DNA of 64,000 bases. Source: Sphingomonas sp. Its GTDB lineage: Bacteria; Pseudomonadota; Alphaproteobacteria; Sphingomonadales; Sphingomonadaceae. The first letter of the stretch is position 1; each line of letters begins with the position of its first letter. A program made the position numbers and the translations under genes. Of the stretch, positions 17,979 to 31,472 are shown in pieces. Location: assembly GCF_025362505.1 (NCBI RefSeq), contig NZ_JANYGG010000065.1:12536-76535 (forward strand). The letters run 5' to 3'. The notes beneath the pieces were generated by a model. The model was not told where the DNA came from. It saw only the letters and a list, made by a program, of their open reading frames with translations, and ran no database searches.

Positions 17979-19264
17979 ACGACGATCTCACCCCCAAGGC
18001 GATCGTCAAGGCACTGGACGAGCATATCGTCGGCCAGCATGACGCCAAGCGCGCGGTCGCGGTAGCGCTGCGCAATCGGTGGCGGCGACAGCGGCTGTCG
18101 CCTGAGCTTCGCGAGGAAGTAACACCGAAGAATATATTGATGATCGGGCCGACCGGCTGCGGCAAGACCGAGATCGCGCGGCGGCTGGCGAAGCTGGCGG
18201 ACGCGCCGTTCGTCAAGGTCGAGGCGACCAAGTTCACCGAGGTCGGCTATGTCGGCCGCGACGTCGAGCAGATCGCGCGCGACCTGGTCGAGGAGGCGGT
18301 GCGGCTCGAGCGGGAGCGGCGGCGGGGCAAGGTTCGCGCGGCGGCCGAGACGGCGGCGATGGACCGGCTGCTCGATGCGCTGACCGGCAAGGGGTCGTCG
18401 GAGGCCACCCGCGCCTCCTTCCGCCAGCGCTTCGCCGAGGGCAGCCTGGCCTCCAGCGAGGTCGAGATCGATGTCACCGAGGCGCCCCAGTTGCCGTTCG
18501 AAATGCCCGGCGCGCAGATGATCAACCTGAGCGAAATGATGGGCAAGGCATTCGGCCAGGGACAGCAGAAGCGGCGCAAGCTGAAGGTGCCCGAGGCTTA
18601 TGCCAAGCTGCTCGAGGAGGAGGCCGACAAAAGGGTCGACCCCGACGACCTCAATCGCGCGGCGCTGGCCGACGCCGAGGCCAATGGCATCGTCTTTCTC
18701 GACGAGATCGACAAGATCGCGGTGTCGGACGTGCGCGGCGGTTCGGTCAGCCGCGAAGGCGTGCAGCGCGACTTGCTGCCGCTGATCGAGGGGACGACAG
18801 TCGCGACCAAATATGGGCCGATCAAGACCGACCACATCTTGTTCATCGCGTCGGGCGCGTTCCATGTCGCCAAGCCGTCGGACCTGCTCCCCGAACTGCA
18901 GGGCCGCCTGCCGATCCGGGTCGAACTGAAGGCGCTGACAGAGGAGGATTTCGTCCGCATTCTGTCGTCGACTCGGGCGAGCCTGACCGAGCAATATGTC
19001 GCGCTGCTCGCCACCGAGCAGGTGTCGGTCAGTTTCACCGCGGACGGCATCGCCGCGGTCGCGAAGATCGCCGCCGAGGTCAACGGCGCGCTTGAGAATA
19101 TCGGCGCCCGCCGGCTGCAGACGGTGATGGAGAAACTGCTCGAGGAGATCAGTTTTGAAGCCGAGGATCGCGCTGGCGAAACGCTCAGTGTCGACGCCGC
19201 CTTCGTCGACCAGCAGCTTGCCGGGATCGCGCGCGACACCGACCTAAGCCGCTACGTGCTGTGA
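17975..19264 (+). CDS. hslU: ATP-dependent protease ATPase subunit HslU
   Basis: [52 protein letters not shown]; TTG start overlaps the hslV stop. Confidence 0.96.
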   Translation: MNDDLTPKAIVKALDEHIVGQHDAKRAVAVALRNRWRRQRLSPELREEVTPKNILMIGPTGCGKTEIARRLAKLADAPFVKVEATKFTEVGYVGRDVEQIARDLVEEAVRLERERRRGKVRAAAETAAMDRLLDALTGKGSSEATRASFRQRFAEGSLASSEVEIDVTEAPQLPFEMPGAQMINLSEMMGKAFGQGQQKRRKLKVPEAYAKLLEEEADKRVDPDDLNRAALADAEANGIVFLDEIDKIAVSDVRGGSVSREGVQRDLLPLIEGTTVATKYGPIKTDHILFIASGAFHVAKPSDLLPELQGRLPIRVELKALTEEDFVRILSSTRASLTEQYVALLATEQVSVSFTADGIAAVAKIAAEVNGALENIGARRLQTVMEKLLEEISFEAEDRAGETLSVDAAFVDQQLAGIARDTDLSRYVL

Positions 19265-20634
19265 ACGACCGCGTCGTTCGCCTCGGGTAGTGCCCGCCCG
19301 AGCGGTCGCGCAAGGAGCAGGAATACTACTCCGGCGCCGGCGACGATCGCGGCATGGATTAGCCAGAAGCTCGTCGCCGGGATCGTCTCGTACAGCCCGC
19401 CGAGCCGCCCGCTGATCAGGCTGGCCACCGCGACCGACAGGTAATTGACCCCGGTCATCAGCCCGCGGGCGCCGGCTGGCGCGCGGGTCTGGATCAACGC
19501 GTTCGTCACCGGCGAAAAGAAGATCCAGCCGATATTCGAGAGGAAGTGAAAGGCGATCGGGATCGCCAGCGGCGCGCGCGCGCTGCTTCCGGGGGCGTGC
19601 GAAGCGAAGACCAGCAACAACAAGGATGCGCCGAAGAGTATCGCGCCGATGCCAAGCTTGACGAGTAGGTCGGGCTCGCGTCCACGGGCCGCCTGGCGTC
19701 GCCAGAAGACGAGCAGCAGCGGCATGCACAGGAAGGGCGCGAGCCCGTCGAGTGACTGGAGCCACGGCACCGGCACCTGGAACCCCACGACCTGAAGATC
19801 GATATGGTCTCGCACCCACAGGTTGTAGGTGTTCCAGATCTGGGTTTGCGCGATCCAGAAACACACGATCAGGGGCATGACTGCGAACAATAGCGCCAGC
19901 CGCCGCCGCTCGTCGCCGGTGAGGCGCCCGCGTGCTGCGCGTACCATGCGCGGTTCGTCGGCGAGGTCGCGCTGCCCGACAAGGTAGACGATCAGTCCGA
20001 TCAGCATGCCGAAACCTGCAAAGCCGAACCCGATGTGCCAGCCGTAAAAGGCGGCGAGCGCTCCGGTGATCAGCGGCGCGAGGAAAGCGCCAAGGTTGAC
20101 CGCCATGCCATACCACTGGAATGCGTCGCCCTGTCGCCGGTCGCCCGACGGGTAGAGCGCTTTGACCTGCGGCATCAGATTGGCGCGGAGCAGGCCGGCA
20201 CCGAGCGAGATCAGGACCATTCCGATCAGGAACGACCAGTCGAACGCCAGGCTGAAGTGTCCGATCGTCATCAATAGCGCTCCGGCCGACACGGTGACCC
20301 GGCGACTGAGCCAGCGATCGCCGATCGCGCCGCCGATGAGCGGTGTCGCGTAGACCATCGCGGTGTAGATGCCGAATGTCTGCGTCGCGAATGCCTGCAA
20401 CGAGAGCGGTCCGGTGACCGCCTCGACCGCGCTGCGGAACGGCCCGATGCCGGCGACGCGGTCGATGTGACCGGGCAGGAACAGCTCGCTGACGAGATAG
20501 AGGGTGAGGATCGCCTGCATCCCGTGGAAGCTGATGCGGTCCCACAGCTCGGTCCCGGCGAGCACCCACAGCCCGCGCGGGTGGCCGAACGCCTGTCGCG
20601 GAGTGGCCACGGTCTGCACGGCGGCCAGATTCAT
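19252..20634 (-). CDS. POT/PTR family proton-dependent oligopeptide transporter
   Basis: [20 protein letters not shown] (variant of the ExxERFxYYG motif), multiple TM helices, VNLGA. Confidence 0.88.
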   Translation of the reverse strand: MNLAAVQTVATPRQAFGHPRGLWVLAGTELWDRISFHGMQAILTLYLVSELFLPGHIDRVAGIGPFRSAVEAVTGPLSLQAFATQTFGIYTAMVYATPLIGGAIGDRWLSRRVTVSAGALLMTIGHFSLAFDWSFLIGMVLISLGAGLLRANLMPQVKALYPSGDRRQGDAFQWYGMAVNLGAFLAPLITGALAAFYGWHIGFGFAGFGMLIGLIVYLVGQRDLADEPRMVRAARGRLTGDERRRLALLFAVMPLIVCFWIAQTQIWNTYNLWVRDHIDLQVVGFQVPVPWLQSLDGLAPFLCMPLLLVFWRRQAARGREPDLLVKLGIGAILFGASLLLLVFASHAPGSSARAPLAIPIAFHFLSNIGWIFFSPVTNALIQTRAPAGARGLMTGVNYLSVAVASLISGRLGGLYETIPATSFWLIHAAIVAGAGVVFLLLARPLGRALPEANDAVVHST

Positions 20635-20694
20635 CCTGATTTCCCCCTACGTTGGCGCAGGCTGGCACGGAATTCGTCACGAGGGAAGCGCAGG

Positions 20695-21396
20695 CTAGCT
20701 GGCCCGTCGATAGCGCCACTCGAGCCCTTGGGAAAACGGGCTCCACAGGCTTGTCCTGACCCCGGCAAGGCGGAGCCGGTCGGCCGCCCAGATGTTGCAC
20801 GTGTTGAGCAGGCTCGCCCGACCGGCCCCGCGGTAGAAGGTGTCGTCGGGGCCATAGCCGGGGTGGTCGATGCGCCGCGGCTTGCCGTCGGGGTCGAGCG
20901 CGAAGCTGGCCCGGATGCCCGCCCACAGGCGGCGATACTCCTCGGGCCGCAGGCGAATTGCGCGCGCGTGCCACTGCGGATCGCCGACCCACTCGACGTG
21001 CATCACCCGCTCACCGCCGGCCGCTGCCGCCCACAGCGTTCGCGCCCTGATGTCGCGCCAGCGCGGCGTATCGAGGTAGACCCGCCGCTCGCCCATCCCG
21101 AACGCGATCCATTGCGCGCGCCGGTCGGGACCGGCGAAGTCGCGGCGCGGGAGGAGCGGGCGCCAGTCGAGCCCCTGCGCATCGGCCGGGAGGATGAGGT
21201 CGGTGTGGACGCCGTTCGAGACGAGATAGACGGCCTGTCCTCCCGAGGGCTCGCGCCAGCTCGCGTTGACCGGGACCAGCGAGCCGATGAGCGCCGCCAG
21301 CGCGTAGAGCAGCGGCACCGACAACAGGGCGAGGCCCAGGCGGCGCGCGAGGCGCGGGAGCCCGGGACGGGAGCGGCGACTACGGCGGCGGATCAT
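20695..21396 (-). CDS. TIGR02117/DUF2459-like protein
   Basis: SNGVHTDL.LP, FG.GE..YL.TP.W, FY...G.....TCN.W. Confidence 0.75.
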   Translation of the reverse strand: MIRRRSRRSRPGLPRLARRLGLALLSVPLLYALAALIGSLVPVNASWREPSGGQAVYLVSNGVHTDLILPADAQGLDWRPLLPRRDFAGPDRRAQWIAFGMGERRVYLDTPRWRDIRARTLWAAAAGGERVMHVEWVGDPQWHARAIRLRPEEYRRLWAGIRASFALDPDGKPRRIDHPGYGPDDTFYRGAGRASLLNTCNIWAADRLRLAGVRTSLWSPFSQGLEWRYRRAS

Positions 21397-21501
21397 TTTG
21401 CCGGTTTACAGATTTCCCGCGTCGATGCGCCGGTGACTTTGCGATTTTCTTCGCATTCTCGATAAACTTGCCGAAAATTTGTCTAATATTCATCTTGATA
21501 T

Positions 21502-21530
21502 TTGGCACTGCCGAGCATTTCCGCTATAAT
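21502..21530 (+). promoter_or_regulatory. Sigma-70 promoter TTGGCA-N17-TATAAT
   Basis: Near-consensus boxes with a 17-bp spacer, 21 bp before the ATG at 21552. An AATAT-N8-ATATT palindrome at 21485-21502 abuts the -35 box. Confidence 0.65.
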
Positions 21531-21551
21531 TGACAGGAAAGGTGAGCGGCG

Positions 21552-22295
21552 ATGCAACGCGTTCGCTCGATCGAGGTGGCTCGGCTTCACATCATCCTGT
21601 GTTTTGCGTTCGACCATCATGCCGCGGCTACCGACATCGACAGCTACAGGGGGGCGTTGATCGATTGCCCCGACGTCTGCCATGCGGTCGAAACCTCCGG
21701 AACTTTCGACTTCTTCGTCGAATTCGATCTCCCCGATCTCCAGTCCTATAACGACTGGCTCAAGGTGCTGGTCGAGCCGCTGCCGTCGTTCGTGACGCGG
21801 TATGAAGCCTGCTTCGTCGTCCGCCGCTTCGGGCGGTCGGCCGATGCCCTTGACGGCGACCTGTGGCTTCCCTCGCGCGACGGTTTGCGACGGGTCGAAC
21901 GCAACCATGTCGACATGGTGCAGGCCGAAGGCGACTATGTCCGCATCCACTCCGGCGCCCAGAGCTGGTTGCTTCATACGACCATGGCCGCGATGGTAAC
22001 GCGACTCGACGCGGACGAATTCATCCGCATTCACCGGTCAACGATCGTCCGCCGGTCGTTCATCGCGCTGCTGATCCACCGCGAGGGTCGATGGTTCGCC
22101 GAAATGATCGACGGATCGACCCGGCGCATCGCCAAATCGCAGGCCCCGGCCACGTTGCGCGGGATGAAGGCCGATCCGTCAAGTCCGAAAGCCGTTTCGC
22201 CGAAGGACGACCGCGCCACAGATTCCGCCGGACGATCTGCCGAAAGCCATTTGGCGCTGGGCCCAAGGACGAAGGATACCGCCTCCGCCCCATGA
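21552..22295 (+). CDS. LytTR DNA-binding regulator with an N-terminal Lrp/AsnC-like ligand-binding domain
   Basis: C-terminal VQAEGDYVRIH...L..TM....LD..EFIRIHRSTIV (LytTR). N-terminal CPDV....ETSGTFDFFVEF...DL..Y resembles an AsnC/RAM domain. Confidence 0.82.
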   Translation: MQRVRSIEVARLHIILCFAFDHHAAATDIDSYRGALIDCPDVCHAVETSGTFDFFVEFDLPDLQSYNDWLKVLVEPLPSFVTRYEACFVVRRFGRSADALDGDLWLPSRDGLRRVERNHVDMVQAEGDYVRIHSGAQSWLLHTTMAAMVTRLDADEFIRIHRSTIVRRSFIALLIHREGRWFAEMIDGSTRRIAKSQAPATLRGMKADPSSPKAVSPKDDRATDSAGRSAESHLALGPRTKDTASAP

Positions 22296-22320
22296 CCGTG
22301 AGGCCACCAAGGAGGGTATT

Positions 22321-22704
22321 ATGTCGATCCTGTTCCGATCAATCGCTGCGCTCGCCATCGGCGCGTCGGCGTTCCCCGCCGCCCCAACCCAAGCCCGCAC
22401 CGCACCGGTCGTGGTCACGGCGCCGCACAGCGACTTGCCGACGCGCCGCGTCAGCTATGCCGACCTCAATCTCGCCGCGCTCGACGGGCAGCGCGTGCTG
22501 CACACACGGCTCGACTCGGCGGTCAACGGAGTGTGCACCGACGGCGGATTTCCGGCGACCGAACTGGGCTTTGTCGAATGCCGCCTGCACGCCTGGTCGG
22601 GGGTTCGCCCGCAGGTCGCCAACGCGATCCAGCGCGCCACGGAGATTGCGACCACCGGACACAGCGCGCTGCCCGTGGTAGCGATCGCCATCATCGCCCA
22701 CTAG
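22321..22704 (+). CDS. UrcA family secreted protein
   Basis: AAGGAGG Shine-Dalgarno, signal peptide, VSYADLNL...G...L..RL..AV..VC...C. Confidence 0.88.
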   Translation: MSILFRSIAALAIGASAFPAAPTQARTAPVVVTAPHSDLPTRRVSYADLNLAALDGQRVLHTRLDSAVNGVCTDGGFPATELGFVECRLHAWSGVRPQVANAIQRATEIATTGHSALPVVAIAIIAH

Positions 22705-22903
22705 GGTCGCGACAATCGGGGCGCGGACCCCGGGGACGGCTGTCCACCGCGGCGGTCGTCCCTTGCGCGCCACCCGCTCGGACCAAGTCAGAGCTAGCTT
22801 AGAGAGGGGGTCGTTGCCGGCCGGCTGCTCGCGGTTAGCAAACCTTCGCTGCAGTATCTTTGCCCGCAATCATCCCCCGGATGATCGCTTTGTTGCGGAA
22901 TGA

Positions 22904-22980
22904 TGGTCGGGGCGACAGGATTCGAACCTGCGACCCCCACACCCCCAGTGTGATGCGCTACCAGGCTGCGCTACGCCCCG
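22904..22980 (-). tRNA. tRNA-Pro (GGG)
   Basis: Reverse complement CGGGGCGTAGCGCAGCCTGGTAGCGCATCACA-CTGGGGG-TGTGGGGGTCGCAGGTTCGAATCCTGTCGCCCCGACCA. Confidence 0.97.
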
Positions 22981-23156
22981 ACCGGACCCGCCTTGGCGGC
23001 GGGAGAGGGGCCGTCTAGTCGCCGGGGACCCCCAAGGCAAGGCGGCATTGCCTGTGCTCGGCTTGCTTGGCCCGCGCCGTCCGTGATAGGCGCGCCGCTT
23101 CCTATCAGCGAGCGGTCGTCCCGGCCCCGCTAGGCGACACGAAAGACTTTCCGCCC

Positions 23157-23510
23157 ATGAGCATCGCCTCCCTCCTCGCCACGTCTCAGGCGGCCAGCGT
23201 CGCCGCTCCGTCCGCTGCCGGCACCGGAACCGATTTCTTCCTGCAGATGGTTCCGCTGCTGCTGGTCTTCGTGATCTTCTATGTCCTGATGATCCGCCCG
23301 CAGCAGGCGCGCGCGAAGCAACACCAGGCAACATTGGCCGCGGTCAAGAAGGGCGATGAAGTGATTACCGGCGGCGGCATCCGTGGCCGCGTCACCAAGG
23401 TCAGTGACGGTGAGGTCGAGGTCGAGATCGCGACCGGGATCAAGGTCCGCGCCGTCACCTCCACGCTCAATTCGGTCGTCACCCGCGACACCAAACCGGC
23501 CAACGACTGA
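23157..23510 (+). CDS. yajC: Preprotein translocase subunit YajC
   Basis: IFYVLMIRPQQ...KKGDEVITGGGI.G; upstream of secD. Confidence 0.95.
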   Translation: MSIASLLATSQAASVAAPSAAGTGTDFFLQMVPLLLVFVIFYVLMIRPQQARAKQHQATLAAVKKGDEVITGGGIRGRVTKVSDGEVEVEIATGIKVRAVTSTLNSVVTRDTKPAND

Positions 23511-25102
23511 TGCTCGACTTCTCGCGCTGGAAGGTGGCGGGGGTCAGCTTGCTGATCCTGTTCGGCATCCTGTTCGCCATCCCCAGCCTGTTCCCGAAGG
23601 AGCAGGCGGCGGCGTGGCCGAAGTTCGTGCCGCACAGCCGCATCAACCTCGGCCTCGACCTCGCCGGCGGATCGCACCTCCTGCTCGAGGCGGACAGCGC
23701 GGACGCCGCCAAGCAGCGCGTCGCGGCGATGGAGGATAATGTCGCGAGCGAGCTTCGCCGCGGCGATACGCCGATCGACATCGGCGACATTTCGACCAGC
23801 GGCGGGGTGCTGTCGTTCATGGTCCGCAACCCGGCGCAGGTCGATCCGGCGGTCGAGAAGTTGCGCCAATTGACCAAGCCGGTCGGGCTGACCGGTGCGC
23901 GCGACTGGGATGTCGCCGTGATAGACCAGTCACGCATCGTACTCACCCCGACGACAGACGGGCAGGTCCGCGCGCTGAAGGACGCGATGTCGGTTGCGCG
24001 TGACGTCGTCCGCCGCCGCATCGATCCGCAGGGCACGCGCGAAATCACCGTCGTCACGCAGGGCGACAACCGCATCCTGGTCCAGGTTCCCGGCGTCGAG
24101 AATCCCGCTGCGCTCAAGGCGCTGATCGGCCAGACCGCACGGCTCGAGTTCAAGCTGGTCGACCTGACCGCCAATCCCGCCGAAGTGGCACAGGGCCGCG
24201 CCCCGCCGGGAAGCCAGGTGCTGCCGATGGCTTCGGGCGCCGGCGCGATGGCGGTCCAGCGGCGGGTGATGGTCTCGGGCGACCAGCTGACCAGCGCTAA
24301 GCAGAGCTTCGACCAGGACGGCCGCCCCGACATCACCATCGCCTTCAATTCGACCGGCGCGCGGCGCTTCGGCCGGGTGACGCAGGAGAATGTCGGCAAA
24401 CCGTTCGCGATCATCCTCGACAACAAGATCCTGTCCGCGCCGACCATCCAGAGTGCGATCCTCGGCGGCACCGCCTCGATCTCGGGCAATTTCACCGTCG
24501 AAAGCGCCAACCAGCTCGCGGTCAGCCTCGCATCGGGCAAGCTGCCGGTGAAACTGAACGTGATCGAGGAGCGGACCGTCGGCCCCGATCTCGGCAAGGA
24601 TTCGATCCAGAAAGGCGCCATCGCCGCGATGGTCGCGACCCTCGCGGTGATCCTGTTCATGGTCGTCACCTACGGTCGCTTCGGTATCTATGCGACGCTC
24701 GCGCTGATCATCAACGCCTTCCTCATCCTCGGCGTGATGGCGATATTCAATGCTACGCTGACTCTCCCCGGGATCGCCGGTTTCGTGCTGACGATCGGCG
24801 CCGCGGTCGACGCCAATGTGCTGGTCAACGAACGTATCCGCGAAGAGCAGAAACGCGGCCGCAAGGTGCGTGACGCAATCGAGACCGGGTACAGGGAGGC
24901 GTTCACCGCGATCTTCGACGCCAACATCACCAACGTCATCGCGGCGACACTGATGTGGTATTTCGGCTCCGGCCCGATCCGCGGCTTCGCGGTGGTGCTG
25001 ATGATCGGCATCGTCACCTCGGTCTTCACCGCGGTCTATTTCACGCGGATGCTGACCGCGCAGTGGGTCAAGCGCGCTCGCCCGCGCACCCTCAACCTGT
25101 AG
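23510..25102 (+). CDS. secD: Protein translocase subunit SecD
   Basis: NLGLDLAGGS, RILVQVPG, VGPDLG, TLPGIAG.VLTIG.AVDANVL..ERIREE, DANIT. Confidence 0.97.
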   Translation: MLDFSRWKVAGVSLLILFGILFAIPSLFPKEQAAAWPKFVPHSRINLGLDLAGGSHLLLEADSADAAKQRVAAMEDNVASELRRGDTPIDIGDISTSGGVLSFMVRNPAQVDPAVEKLRQLTKPVGLTGARDWDVAVIDQSRIVLTPTTDGQVRALKDAMSVARDVVRRRIDPQGTREITVVTQGDNRILVQVPGVENPAALKALIGQTARLEFKLVDLTANPAEVAQGRAPPGSQVLPMASGAGAMAVQRRVMVSGDQLTSAKQSFDQDGRPDITIAFNSTGARRFGRVTQENVGKPFAIILDNKILSAPTIQSAILGGTASISGNFTVESANQLAVSLASGKLPVKLNVIEERTVGPDLGKDSIQKGAIAAMVATLAVILFMVVTYGRFGIYATLALIINAFLILGVMAIFNATLTLPGIAGFVLTIGAAVDANVLVNERIREEQKRGRKVRDAIETGYREAFTAIFDANITNVIAATLMWYFGSGPIRGFAVVLMIGIVTSVFTAVYFTRMLTAQWVKRARPRTLNL

Positions 25103-25112
25103 GACTGAACCG

Positions 25113-26063
25113 ATGCGCCTGCTCAAGCTGGTCCCCGACGACACCAACATCGACTTCATGAAGTGGCGTAACATCGCGCTCGCCATTAGCCTGGTGGTGA
25201 CTTTGTCGTCGATCGCTTTCACTTTCTATCGCGGACTCAATCTCGGGGTGGATTTCGTCGGCGGCCAGGTCATCCGCACGACCTTTAGCCAGGCGGTCGA
25301 CGTCGAGCAGTTGCGCGCCCGGGTCGGAGGTCTCCAACTCGGCGAGGCAAGCATCCAGGAATTCGGCGGCCCGAAAAGTTACCAGATTCGCCTGCCAAAG
25401 CCAGCCGGCGGGGACGCCCAGGCCAATATCGCCGCCGACAAAGTGCGCGCGTTGCTCGTCGCGAGCTATCCCGGCGCGCGGATCGACGCAGTCGAGACCG
25501 TCTCGGGCAAGGTGTCGGGCGAACTCGCCCAGGACGGCGCGCTGGCGCTTGGCCTCGCCATGCTCGGCATCGCGATCTACATCTGGTTCCGCTTCGAATG
25601 GCAGTTCGGGGTCGGTGCGCTGGTCACGCTGTTCCACGACGTCTCGATGATCCTGGGGTTCTTCGCCTTCACCCGAAGGCAGGTCGACTTGAACGTTGTC
25701 GCGGCGTTGCTAACGATCGTCGGTTATTCGCTCAACGACACCGTTGTGATCTATGACCGAATCCGCGAAAATTTACGCAAATACCGCAAAATGGCGATCA
25801 TTCCGCTGATCAACCTGTCGCTCAACGAGACCTTGTCGCGGACCATCGTCACATCGCTGTCAGTGCTGATTGCCCTGGCGGTGCTGCTGATTCTCGGTCC
25901 GGCGGTGATCATGAATCTGACGATTGCCATTTTTCTCGGCATCTTCATCGGCACCTACTCGTCGATCTATATTTCGGCGACGATCCTCGTCTGGCTCGGG
26001 GTCAAGCCCGACAGCTTCCTGCGCACCTCCGACGAGGGCGCGGTCAGTCCCGGGGCCGCCTAG
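25113..26063 (+). CDS. secF: Protein translocase subunit SecF
   Basis: LGVDF.GG, RFEW.F, HD, GYSLNDTVVIYDRIREN, GTYSS. Confidence 0.97.
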   Translation: MRLLKLVPDDTNIDFMKWRNIALAISLVVTLSSIAFTFYRGLNLGVDFVGGQVIRTTFSQAVDVEQLRARVGGLQLGEASIQEFGGPKSYQIRLPKPAGGDAQANIAADKVRALLVASYPGARIDAVETVSGKVSGELAQDGALALGLAMLGIAIYIWFRFEWQFGVGALVTLFHDVSMILGFFAFTRRQVDLNVVAALLTIVGYSLNDTVVIYDRIRENLRKYRKMAIIPLINLSLNETLSRTIVTSLSVLIALAVLLILGPAVIMNLTIAIFLGIFIGTYSSIYISATILVWLGVKPDSFLRTSDEGAVSPGAA

Positions 26064-26143
26064 TTCATCTGGCGTCAAGGCTGGGCAAGCGAAGTCCCGT
26101 TCGCGGCTTGGCCTCGCCGCATGCCCCCGCTAAGGAAGCGTCC

Positions 26144-26920
26144 ATGAACATGAACCGCACGGCGCTGCTGATCGTCGCCGCCGCCCTGATTGTCCCTGCC
26201 GCCGGTTGTGCGCGCAACAAGGTCAAGGGCGACACCGCCTACGTCGCGCGCGACGTCAACACCCTCTACGCACTCGCCAAGAAGAGCGCCGACCAAGGCA
26301 ATTACGCCGACGCCGCCAAGTTGTTCGACGAGGTCGAACGCCAGCACCCCTATTCGGTGTGGGCCCGCCGCGCCCAGCTGATGAGTGCTTTCAGCTATTA
26401 CATGGCGCAGCAATATACCGACGCGATCAGCTCGTCGCAGCGGTTCCTCACGATCCACCCGGGCAATGCCGACGCGCCCTACGCCAACTATCTCGTCGCG
26501 ATGAGCTATTATCAGCAGATCGCCGACGTGACGCGCGACCAGAAGATCACCCAGCAGGCATCCGACGCGTTCGGCGAGCTGATTCGCCGCTATCCCGGCA
26601 GCCGCTACGCGACCGACGCGCGGTTGAAGCTCGACCTCATCAACGACCATCTCGCCGGCAAGGAAATGGAAGTCGGGCGCTATTACGAACGGTCGGGCAA
26701 CTGGCTCGCCGCCTCGCTCCGCTTCCGCACCGTGGTCGACAAATACCAGACCACCAGCCACACCCCCGAGGCGCTCGAGCGGCTGGTTGAATGCTACCTC
26801 GCCTTGGGCGTGCCCGACGAGGCGCGGAAAGCCGGCGCGGTGCTGGGGCGTAACTACCCGGGCACGAGCTGGTACAAGCATAGCTACGAACTTCTGCGGC
26901 GGCATCAGCCGCGCACCTGA
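26144..26920 (+). CDS. bamD: Outer membrane protein assembly factor BamD
   Basis: Lipobox AAGC, TPR-like helices (ERQHPYSVWARRAQLM), RDQ, EMEVGRYY. Confidence 0.93.
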   Translation: MNMNRTALLIVAAALIVPAAGCARNKVKGDTAYVARDVNTLYALAKKSADQGNYADAAKLFDEVERQHPYSVWARRAQLMSAFSYYMAQQYTDAISSSQRFLTIHPGNADAPYANYLVAMSYYQQIADVTRDQKITQQASDAFGELIRRYPGSRYATDARLKLDLINDHLAGKEMEVGRYYERSGNWLAASLRFRTVVDKYQTTSHTPEALERLVECYLALGVPDEARKAGAVLGRNYPGTSWYKHSYELLRRHQPRT

Positions 26921-27099
26921 CCCGGATCGCGGGGGTTCTTGAGATGAAGTCCGGCTCCGGCCCGCACCCCCGCCCGGCCAACCCACACGGTATACTGCAT
27001 GGGTTGGCCGGGCATCGCTTTCGCAATGTCCCCCGGACATTCCGACTGTGACGCGGTGCGGGCCGGTACCGTCTCCGCGAATGCGGAGCAAAAGCTAAC

Positions 27100-28748
27100 A
27101 TGCTCGGCCAGCTCGCCATTCGCGACGTGGTGCTGATCGACCGGCTTGAGCTTGAGTTCGAACCGGGACTCGGAGTCCTCACCGGCGAGACGGGGGCGGG
27201 CAAGTCGATCCTCCTCGATTCGCTTGGCCTCGCTCTAGGCGCGCGGGCCGACAGCGGACTGGTCCGCGCCGGGCAGGACGGCGCGACCGTTTCCGCCGAA
27301 CTGATGCTGCCAGCCGGCCATCCCGCCTTGGCGCTCCTTGCCGAACAGGGGATCGAGGTCGAACCGGGCGAACCGCTCGTGCTGCGCCGCACGGTCAAGG
27401 CCGACGGCGGCAGCCGCGCCTTCGTTGGCGGGATGAGCGTCCCCGCCGCGACGCTGCGCGATGTGGGCGCACTGGTCATCGAAATCCACGGTCAGCACGA
27501 CGACCGCGGCCTGCTCAATCCCCGCGGCCACCGCGCGCTGCTCGACAATTTCGGCAAGCTTTCGAACGCCGACGTGGCGAGCGCATGGGGTCATGTCACC
27601 GCGCTCGAACGCCGCCTCGCCGAGGAACGCCGCGCGATCGAGGAAGCCCAGCGCGATCGTGACTGGCTCGCCCACGCATCCGAGGAAATCGCCAAACTCG
27701 CCCCCCAGCCCGGGGAAGAAACCGAATTGTCGCAGCAGCGCGCACTGATGCAGGCGGGCGCGCGGGCAGGGGAGTCGCTGACCGGGATCGACGAACTGCT
27801 CGGCGGCTCCGACGGTGCGCTCGCCAGCCTGCGTAGCGCCGCGCGCAAGATCGAGCGCGGGGCGGCCGACCACCCGTTGCTCGCCGAAGCACTGGCCTCA
27901 CTCGACCGTGCGGTGATCGAGGCGAGCGAGGCCGAAGATCGCATCGCCCGCGCCGCCGAGGCGATGGCGTTCGACCCCGCCCGCCTCGATGCGACCGAAG
28001 CCCGCCTGTTCGACATCCGCGCGATGGCTCGCAAGCACCGCGTCGAGGCCGACGCGCTCGCCGCGCTGAGCGACGACATGCGCGCGCGCCTCGCCGCGAT
28101 CGACGCCGGCGAAGAGCAATTGCGCCACCTCGAACAGTCACTCGCCGCCGCCCGCGCCGCCTATGACGAGGCGAGCGCCACCCTCCACGCGGCCCGCGCC
28201 GCCGCCGCCGTCAGGCTCGACGAAGCCGTCGCCGGCGAGCTTGCCCCGCTGAAACTAGACGCCGCCCGCTTTCAAACTGTAGTTTCCGCCGCAGATCCCG
28301 GCCCGAGCGGCGCGACCACGGTCGAGTTCACGGTCTCGACCAACCCCGGCGCTCCGTTCGGCCCGCTTACCCGCATCGCGTCGGGCGGTGAACTGTCGCG
28401 CTTCATCCTCGCCCTAAAGGTCGCGCTGGCCGAGGCGGGCGGGGCGGAGACCATGATCTTCGACGAGGTCGACCGCGGCGTCGGCGGGGCTGTCGCCAGC
28501 GCCATCGGCGAGCGATTGTCGCGACTCGCAACACGCTCGCAACTGCTCGTTGTCACCCACAGCCCCCAAGTCGCCGCCCGCGCCGCCCACCACTACCGCA
28601 TCGAGAAGACGACCGGCCCCGACGGCGCCCGCACCACCGTCCGCAAGCTTGACCCCGATGAACGCCGCGAGGAAATCGCGCGCATGCTGTCGGGCGCCGC
28701 GATCACCGAAGAAGCCCGCGCCCAGGCTGCGCGTTTACTGGAGGCAGC

Positions 28749-28752
<4 letters not shown>
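27100..28752 (+). CDS. recN: DNA repair protein RecN
   Basis: TGETGAGKS, EIHGQHD, ASGGELSR, IFDEVD.GVGG, VTHSPQVAA. Confidence 0.96.
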
Positions 28753-31471
<2,719 letters not shown>

Positions 31472-31472
31472 G

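Noticed and set aside
19252-19264. Overlap between hslU and the POT transporter 3' ends
   Set aside because: Short convergent overlaps are common, and both proteins look complete.
22705-22903. Hairpins between the UrcA gene and tRNA-Pro as a possible ncRNA or att site
   Set aside because: They are explained as terminator-like stems of convergent transcripts. I saw no tRNA 3' duplication or recognisable RNA family.
27079-27100. Possible LexA box before recN (GAGC-N6-TAAC)
   Set aside because: It does not fit the alphaproteobacterial GAAC-N7-GAAC spacing or sequence.
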